DNA from: Corynebacterium glutamicum ATCC 13032
GTDB taxonomy: Bacteria > Actinomycetota > Actinomycetes > Mycobacteriales > Mycobacteriaceae
DNA: 32,000 nucleotides
Assembly (NCBI RefSeq): GCF_000011325.1
Contig: NC_003450.3
Coordinates: 630,001 to 662,000, forward strand
Direction of reading: 5' to 3'
Shown here: piece by piece, positions 26,547 through 32,000 of the stretch
Layout: each line of letters opens with the position of its first letter
How positions within the stretch are numbered: the first letter of the stretch is position 1
Notes under the pieces: generated by a model
Told to the model about the DNA's origin: nothing
Databases searched by the model: none
The model's input: the letters and a program-made list of their open reading frames with translations, nothing else
Position numbers and translations under genes: made by a program

Positions 26547-27218
26547 ATGCACATCTCAGATCTTCCCGATAGGTCCCAGGACTACCTGAAGACAATCTGG
26601 GACATCACAGAACTCCTTGATGATCAACCAGCAGCACTCGGCGATATCGCCGAAAAAATGAACCAGAAAACTCCTACCGCCTCCGAAGCAATCAAAAAGC
26701 TGGCGGCAAGGGGCCTGGTCAACCATGAAAAATATGCTGGTGTCACCCTCACTGAACAGGGCAAAACGCTAGCCATCGACATGGTGCGACGCCACCGCCT
26801 GCTGGAAACCTTCCTCCACGATGTTTTGGGATACACCTGGGACGAAGTCCACGCCGATGCAGACCTGTTGGAACATGCAGCCTCTGATCAGCTCATCGAA
26901 CGCATCGATGCTCACTTGGGTCGTCCACGCAAAGATCCCCACGGCGATCCCATACCAACTGCCGAAGGCGTTATTGAAGAGTCTCCCCGAACCACCCTCG
27001 AGGCAGTTCAGCCAGGGGAGACTGTCACGATTTCCAGGGTCAAAGACATTGATCCTGAATTGCTGCGCTACCTCGCGCAATACAACGTCTCACCAGGATG
27101 CCGGATCACCGTTGCGTCCGGCCCACTAGCTGGCATGGTGCATGTCGTTGTAGAAGGCACCGACACCAGCTTCCCCCTGGCCGAAACGCAACTGCCATTA
27201 ATTACAGTGCAGGACTAA
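26547..27218 (+). CDS. mntR: DtxR-family metalloregulator, manganese-responsive (SirR/MntR type)
   Basis: 223 aa with an N-terminal HTH, the DtxR dimerisation/metal block (RRHRLLETFLHDVLGY...HA.AD.LEH) and a C-terminal FeoA/SH3-like domain. I recall cg0741 being characterised as MntR. AAGGTG lies upstream, 9 nt after the ydbT-like stop. Confidence 0.8.
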   Translation: MHISDLPDRSQDYLKTIWDITELLDDQPAALGDIAEKMNQKTPTASEAIKKLAARGLVNHEKYAGVTLTEQGKTLAIDMVRRHRLLETFLHDVLGYTWDEVHADADLLEHAASDQLIERIDAHLGRPRKDPHGDPIPTAEGVIEESPRTTLEAVQPGETVTISRVKDIDPELLRYLAQYNVSPGCRITVASGPLAGMVHVVVEGTDTSFPLAETQLPLITVQD

Positions 27219-27996
27219 GCAGATTCATCATAATGGTGCTCATATTTCCCGATGAGACCAAACCAATCTGAATGATGACCGCCACCGAGAATACGAACAG
27301 TAAGAACTTATCGGCAGGACCGTTGGCACGAATGCTTAAAAACTTAGGCAATTTGAGGTTCCACCAGCGTTTGCCCTTCAGCGGAATGACCGGGGCAAAT
27401 GCTGGGATACCGGCCTTAGTGGCCATATCGCCAGCCAAGTGGGTCAGGCTTCCAACTGTAATGGCGGAGCCTAACACAATGCCGAATGAACTTTCGGGAG
27501 CATAATTCCATACTCCCACTGCTAATGCAGCGGAAGCTCCAGTAACTAAAAGCCAATCTGCGTTCTTTGACCATTCAGGCATGAGACCTCTAATGGCGAG
27601 CCCGAGGAAGAAAAACAGCAAACCAATCACCGCAGGTTTTCCATAGGCGCCAATTAGCGCTGTGGCACCAGCGCCTGTGGCAGCAGCGCTCCACACCGTA
27701 TGTGTCAACGTGCGGTGCCCGTTGTTGCAGTGTTTGTCTTTCCTGCCCCTGGTGACATTGACGAAAGTTTGGCAAATATTCTCTGTAAAACGCGAAATCA
27801 CTTGGGTAATCGGACCAAAAGAACGCGACACCGTGGCCTGCGGTGAATCAAGGTCCGGGAGCAGCGCTGCACCCGCCGCTAAACCCGCATAAATAAAAGC
27901 CTCCGTGGCGGTGGTAACCCCACCCCATTCTGCTGGGAGAATTTGAGCAACAGCAAGCCCCACGGCTGCACCGCTCATAGCGTGGGTTGGCCCCAT
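27202..27996 (-). CDS. YdjM/DUF457-like membrane-bound metal-dependent hydrolase
   Basis: Polytopic membrane ORF with His-containing motifs (MGPTHAMSG, HRTLTHT, LTHLAGD) typical of the YdjM family. I prefer ATG 27996; the ORF-track GTG is at 28023. Its 3' end overlaps the mntR 3' end by 17 bp. Confidence 0.7.
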   Translation of the reverse strand: MGPTHAMSGAAVGLAVAQILPAEWGGVTTATEAFIYAGLAAGAALLPDLDSPQATVSRSFGPITQVISRFTENICQTFVNVTRGRKDKHCNNGHRTLTHTVWSAAATGAGATALIGAYGKPAVIGLLFFFLGLAIRGLMPEWSKNADWLLVTGASAALAVGVWNYAPESSFGIVLGSAITVGSLTHLAGDMATKAGIPAFAPVIPLKGKRWWNLKLPKFLSIRANGPADKFLLFVFSVAVIIQIGLVSSGNMSTIMMNLLSPAL

Positions 27997-28154
27997 AACC
28001 ACTTGTGCATCAACTACTTTCACAACTAAAAATTCAAAACTTAAGTGAGTTCAAGAATAAACCAAAGGGTGGACACTTATTCGAACGGGTGCTTGATTTA
28101 GGCAACTTGAGCAAAATTCTGCCATTTCGCCTCAAATCGGGCTAGTTTTGAAGC

Positions 28155-28931
28155 ATGAGCGAACGTCAGCTGGAAAAGTCAATTGAGCACGCCGTCGAGT
28201 TAGCCCGCGAAGCCCGAAACATCGAAGTTTTTACCGGAGCCGGAATGAGCGCCGACTCCGGGTTGGAAACGTATCGTGATGATAAAACCGGGCTGTGGAG
28301 CAACGTAGATCCACAAGCGATGGCAAGTATCGATGCATGGCGCAAAGATCCAGAGCCAATGTGGGCGTGGTATCGCTGGCGCGCCGGGGTGGCAGCTAGG
28401 GCAGAACCCAACGCGGGGCATCAAGCTATTTCCTACTGGGAGGGGAGTGACACCGTCGAACACGTTCACATCACCACCCAGAACATTGACAACCTGCACG
28501 AGCGAGCTGGCTCTAGCGATGTGACACATCTTCATGGCAGCTTGTTTGAATACAGGTGCTCTGATTGTGCGACTCCATGGGAAGACGATAAAAACTATCC
28601 GCAAGAACCCATTGCACGCCTTGCTCCTCCACAATGTGAAAAGTGCGGAGGGCTGATTAGACCAGGTGTGGTGTGGTTTGGTGAGAACCTGCCCGTAGAA
28701 GAGTGGGATATTGCAGAGCAACGCATCGCAGAAGCCGATCTCATGATCATTGTGGGTACCTCCGGGATTGTTCATCCTGCAGCAGCACTCCCGCAATTAG
28801 CCCAACAACGCGGCGTTCCCATCGTGGAGATCTCCCCAACGCGCACCGAACTTAGCCGGATCGCAGACTTCACCTGGATGTCCACCGCAGCCCAAGCGCT
28901 ACCAGCGTTGATGCGAGGTTTGAGCGCCTAA
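28155..28931 (+). CDS. cobB: NAD-dependent protein deacylase (Sir2/CobB sirtuin)
   Basis: All canonical sirtuin motifs are present: GAGMSADSG, TQNIDNLH, catalytic HG (THLHGS), the Zn ribbon CSDC...CEKCGG, and GTSG. Confidence 0.88.
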   Translation: MSERQLEKSIEHAVELAREARNIEVFTGAGMSADSGLETYRDDKTGLWSNVDPQAMASIDAWRKDPEPMWAWYRWRAGVAARAEPNAGHQAISYWEGSDTVEHVHITTQNIDNLHERAGSSDVTHLHGSLFEYRCSDCATPWEDDKNYPQEPIARLAPPQCEKCGGLIRPGVVWFGENLPVEEWDIAEQRIAEADLMIIVGTSGIVHPAAALPQLAQQRGVPIVEISPTRTELSRIADFTWMSTAAQALPALMRGLSA

Positions 28932-28932
28932 C

Positions 28933-29427
28933 ATGACTGAAGATGACTTAGATCTGCTGCACCGCACAGTAGAACTAGCCACCCAGGCACTCAAGCAGGG
29001 AAACAGTCCTTATGGATCCCTGCTGGTTGATCCCTTCGGCGCGGTCGTTTTTGAAGACCACAACCGAGATGCCGATGGGGATCTGACCAAGCACCCGGAA
29101 TTCGCCATCGCCAAATATGCGATCGAAAATTACAGTGCATCAGAACGTGCTGCGTGCACTGTTTATACCTCGACGGAACATTGCGCGATGTGCGCCGGTG
29201 CCCATGCGTGGGCTGGACTGGGCAAAATTTACTGCGCCACCACAGGTGGGCAAACAGCCGCTTGGTACGCAAAGTGGGGTGCAGAATCTGGGCCTTTGAA
29301 CCCGATTTCAGCGGACAAAATTAGCCCGAACATATCCATCGAAGGACCTGCTTCCAGATTTGAGGAAGTCCTGTATGAACTGCATCGATGGTTTTATTTA
29401 GGGCAGTCTCCGAATAAGGCTCTTTAG
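28933..29427 (+). CDS. CDA-fold nucleoside/nucleotide deaminase (substrate unknown)
   Basis: 164 aa. The zinc motifs are HPE (in place of HAE) and CAMC within VYTSTEHCAMCAGAH. The start lies 1 nt after the sirtuin stop. Confidence 0.75.
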   Translation: MTEDDLDLLHRTVELATQALKQGNSPYGSLLVDPFGAVVFEDHNRDADGDLTKHPEFAIAKYAIENYSASERAACTVYTSTEHCAMCAGAHAWAGLGKIYCATTGGQTAAWYAKWGAESGPLNPISADKISPNISIEGPASRFEEVLYELHRWFYLGQSPNKAL

Positions 29428-29498
29428 CGCTGGGCATGTGACTTTAAAAGCGCACTAAGAGCTCGTCAATTCTTTAAAACAAGCTGAGAATGTGAATA

Positions 29499-29517
29499 AT
29501 AGGATAGGTTAACCTGA
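29499..29517. promoter_or_regulatory. DtxR-box-like operator
   Basis: ATAGGATAGGTTAACCTGA against the consensus TTAGGTTAG(G/C)CTAACCTAA: 15 of 19 match. It lies 26-44 nt upstream of the GTG of the siderophore-binding lipoprotein. Confidence 0.65.
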
Positions 29518-29542
29518 TTCGATTAGAAAACGGAGATTTGTC

Positions 29543-30541
29543 GTGCAATCCCGCCTGTCCAAAATCCTGCGCAGTAGCGTCGTAGGCGTTGCTGTCCTAG
29601 CCCTGTTAGCTGGGTGTTCTAACAATGCAGATGACACCGACGCTGATTCAACATCCACGGGAAACTCCGCTTTTCCTGTTTCGATTGAACACGAGTTCGG
29701 AACCACCACAATCGATGATGTACCCGAAAGAGTTGTCACCCTTGGCGTTACCGACGCCGATATTGTCCTCGCATTGGGGACCGTCCCAGTAGGCAACACC
29801 GGATACAAATTCTTCGAAAACGGATTGGGACCGTGGACTGATGAGTTAGTGGAAGGCAAAGAATTAACACTGCTTGACTCTGATTCCACACCAGATCTTG
29901 AACAAGTAGCAGCCCTGGAGCCAGACCTGATTATTGGAGTCTCTGCGGGGTTTGACGACGTTGTATACGAGCAACTATCTGATATCGCACCGGTGGTCGC
30001 CCGTCCAGCGGGAACAGCTGCATACGCAGTAGCTCGCGAGGAAGCTACCAACCTTGTTGCCCGTGCGATGGGGCAATCAGAAAAAGGACAAGAGCTCAAT
30101 GAGGAAACAGATGCTCTGATCCAAGCTGCGCGTGATGAAAATCCTTCTTTTGACGGTAAAACAGGAACCGTCATCTTGCCATACCAGGGTAAATACGGTG
30201 CCTACCTGCCAGGCGATGCACGGGGACAATTCCTCGATTCACTTGGCATTTCGCTGCCGGAAGCAGTTCTTTCGCGAGACACCGGCGACAGCTTCTTTGT
30301 CGATGTCCCCGCTGAAAGCGTCAAAGACGTAGACGGTGATGTTCTCCTCGTGCTTTCCAACGACGAAAATCTGGATATCACAGCAGAGAATCCACTGTTT
30401 GAAACACTCAACGTTGTGCAAAAAGACGCAGTAATTGTGGCAACAACCGAAGAACGCGGGGCGATTACCTACAACTCAGTGCTGTCTGTTCCTTTTGCGT
30501 TGGAACATCTCGCACCACGTATTGCTGAGGCTTTGAAGTAA
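29543..30541 (+). CDS. Fe(3+)-siderophore ABC transporter substrate-binding lipoprotein (orphan)
   Basis: 332 aa with a signal peptide plus lipobox LLAGCS and a FepB/FhuD-type periplasmic-binding fold pattern (RVVTLGVTDADIVLALG...LEPDLIIG). GTG start with GGAG 7 nt upstream. Confidence 0.85.
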   Translation: MQSRLSKILRSSVVGVAVLALLAGCSNNADDTDADSTSTGNSAFPVSIEHEFGTTTIDDVPERVVTLGVTDADIVLALGTVPVGNTGYKFFENGLGPWTDELVEGKELTLLDSDSTPDLEQVAALEPDLIIGVSAGFDDVVYEQLSDIAPVVARPAGTAAYAVAREEATNLVARAMGQSEKGQELNEETDALIQAARDENPSFDGKTGTVILPYQGKYGAYLPGDARGQFLDSLGISLPEAVLSRDTGDSFFVDVPAESVKDVDGDVLLVLSNDENLDITAENPLFETLNVVQKDAVIVATTEERGAITYNSVLSVPFALEHLAPRIAEALK

Positions 30542-30564
30542 AACTCAACTACTCGAGCACAATC

Positions 30565-30609
30565 AAAAAAGAAGCACCCCGGAGAATCTATCCCCGGGGT
30601 GCTTTTTAA
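30565..30609. terminator. Bidirectional rho-independent terminator
   Basis: Stem AGCACCCCGG (30573-30582) / CCGGGGTGCT (30594-30603) with an 11-nt loop. It is flanked by AAAAAA on the left and TTTTT on the right, between convergent genes. Confidence 0.85.
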
Positions 30610-30646
30610 ATGAGGCACATGCCTGCCCCAGAAGCCCAGCAAAAAA

Positions 30647-31120
30647 CTAAACCCCACCCACAAATCCGAGTTGACGCCATGCTTCATAGGTCGCTACCGC
30701 CGCGGAATTTGAAAGGTTCATGGAACGCCTACCGGGAAGCATGGGGATCCGAAGCTCACTGGTGATTCGGGAATGCTCAACATGTTCTTGAGGGAGTCCT
30801 GTTGGTTCAGTTCCAAAAAGGAGTGCATCGCCAGGTTCAAAAGCGATATCGGTGAAGCGGGTATTGGCCGTTGTGGTGAAGGCAAATACGCGACCAGGGA
30901 CTGCAGCCATGGCTTCATCGAAGGTTGCATGCACTGTGACATCGGCTAAGTCGTGGTAGTCAAGGCCTGCTCGGCGAAGGTGCTTTTCTGTCAGCTCAAA
31001 GCCTAAAGGTTCAACAAGGTGCAGGTGAGCGCCTGTTCCTGCACACATTCGGATGGCGTTTCCGGTGTTGGGAGGGATGACAGGATTGTCGAAGATAACG
31101 TGAAGTGGGTGTTCCGGCAT
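30647..31120 (-). CDS. trmL: tRNA (cytidine/uridine-2'-O-)-methyltransferase, SpoU/TrmL family
   Basis: 157 aa. [27 protein letters not shown] and LRRAGLDYH match the TrmL (YibK) pattern. Confidence 0.85.
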   Translation of the reverse strand: MPEHPLHVIFDNPVIPPNTGNAIRMCAGTGAHLHLVEPLGFELTEKHLRRAGLDYHDLADVTVHATFDEAMAAVPGRVFAFTTTANTRFTDIAFEPGDALLFGTEPTGLPQEHVEHSRITSELRIPMLPGRRSMNLSNSAAVATYEAWRQLGFVGGV

Positions 31121-31164
31121 GTGTTTGATTGTAAGGCCTTGGAAAAGGGTGGAATAATAGCGGG

Positions 31165-32000
31165 CGTGACTGCAATCAAACTTGATGGAAACTTATACCG
31201 CGGGGAAATTTTCGCCGACTTGGAACAGCGCGTTGCTGCGTTGAAGGAGAAAGGGATTGTGCCGGGGCTTGCCACCGTGCTGGTGGGTGATGACCCAGCG
31301 AGCCACTCTTACGTGAAGATGAAGCATCGTGACTGTGAGCAGATTGGTGTGAACTCGATCCGTAAGGATCTGCCTGCTGATGTCACGCAGGAAGAGCTTT
31401 TCGCTGTCATCGATGAACTGAACAACGATGATTCTTGCACTGGTTACATTGTGCAGCTTCCTTTGCCTAAGCACTTGGACGAAAACGCTGTGCTGGAGCG
31501 CATTGATCCAGCTAAGGATGCTGATGGCCTGCACCCTGTAAACCTGGGCAAGCTTGTGCTCAACGAGCCAGCTCCACTGCCATGCACCCCGAATGGTTCC
31601 ATCAGCTTGTTGCGTCGTTTCGGCGTTGAGCTTGATGGCGCGAAGGTTGTTGTCATTGGCCGTGGCGTCACCGTTGGTCGCCCAATTGGCCTGATGCTGA
31701 CCCGCCGTTCCGAGAACTCCACGGTTACTTTGTGCCACACTGGCACGAAGGATCTGGCTGCGGAGACCCGTGCGGCTGACGTCATCATTGCTGCAGCTGG
31801 TCAGCCGCACATGCTGACCGCAGACATGGTCAAGCCAGGCGCAGCGGTGCTCGATGTCGGCGTCTCCCGCAAGGACGGCAAGTTGCTTGGCGACGTCCAC
31901 CCCGACGTGTGGGAAGTCGCCGGCGCGGTCTCACCAAACCCAGGCGGCGTTGGCCCTCTGACCCGTGCATTCTTGGTGCACAATGTTGTCGAGCGCGCTG
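31165..32000 (+). CDS. folD: Bifunctional methylenetetrahydrofolate dehydrogenase/cyclohydrolase (3'-truncated by the window edge)
   Basis: Not in the ORF track because it runs off the window. My own translation from GTG 31165 gives (M)[60 protein letters not shown]...YIVQLPLP...GRGVTVGRP...PGGVGPLT, which is unmistakably FolD. An in-frame TAA at 31132 excludes an earlier start. Confidence 0.9.

Noticed and set aside
28200-28796. 198-aa minus-strand ORF opposite the sirtuin gene
   Set aside because: The sirtuin frame carries all catalytic motifs, and the antisense ORF has none.
28155-28931. The Sir2-domain protein as part of an anti-phage defence system (Thoeris, DSR or SIR2-HerA-like)
   Set aside because: The protein is short and has the full deacylase motif set plus the Zn ribbon of housekeeping CobB-type sirtuins. 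There are no partner genes (TIR, HerA, pAgo, helicase) and no mobile-element context.
29509-30174. 221-aa minus-strand ORF opposite the siderophore-binding protein gene
   Set aside because: It is Ser/Thr/Ala-rich low complexity. The plus-strand frame has a signal peptide, a lipobox and a ribosome-binding site.
31193-31983. Minus-strand ORFs of 235, 114 and 60 aa at the right edge
   Set aside because: The plus strand here encodes an unmistakable FolD. That ORF is missing from the track only because it runs off the window, so the minus-strand ORFs are mirror artefacts.
1-32000. A search by eye for tRNA/rRNA genes, CRISPR repeats, IS inverted repeats, transposase or integrase ORFs, and toxin-antitoxin-sized gene pairs
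   Set aside because: I saw no T-arm-like GGTTCGAATCC motifs, no regularly spaced direct repeats beyond the single 2-copy 14-mer, and no ORFs with recombinase or transposase character. All large ORFs are accounted for by metabolic, transport or regulatory genes.

Overview
The gene content and order match a Corynebacterium glutamicum-type chromosome. I recognised this from memory; no search was run. ORF-track coordinates include the stop codon.

Left part (about 1.8-14.8 kb): a complete C50-carotenoid (decaprenoxanthin-type) operon, crtE-mmpL-crtB-crtI-crtYe-crtYf-crtEb, lies on the minus strand. It is followed by the divergent MarR regulator crtR, a secreted lipocalin, an SDR/DUF2867 fusion, a photolyase and a GT2 glycosyltransferase (putative crtX). 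By eye this block is AT-richer than its flanks.

Middle: a MacB/FtsX-type ABC transporter pair and the methionine importer metQNI.

Right: dnaE2 preceded by a LexA-box-like site, then a tightly packed YdbS/YdbT-like bPH2 membrane pair and mntR. After these come a YdjM-like membrane hydrolase, a sirtuin plus CDA-fold deaminase pair, a lone siderophore-binding lipoprotein behind a DtxR-box-like site, trmL, and the 5' part of folD.

I found no rRNA, tRNA, CRISPR array, IS element or integrase. I see no convincing novel defence-type system. The least-explained modules are:
- the MmpL transporter translationally coupled inside the crt operon;
- the lipocalin and SDR/DUF2867 genes between crtR and phr, which share an 11-mer leader;
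- the dnaE2-bPH2-bPH2-mntR array;
- the sirtuin-deaminase pair.

Several ORF-track starts look over-extended, and shorter starts are proposed below.
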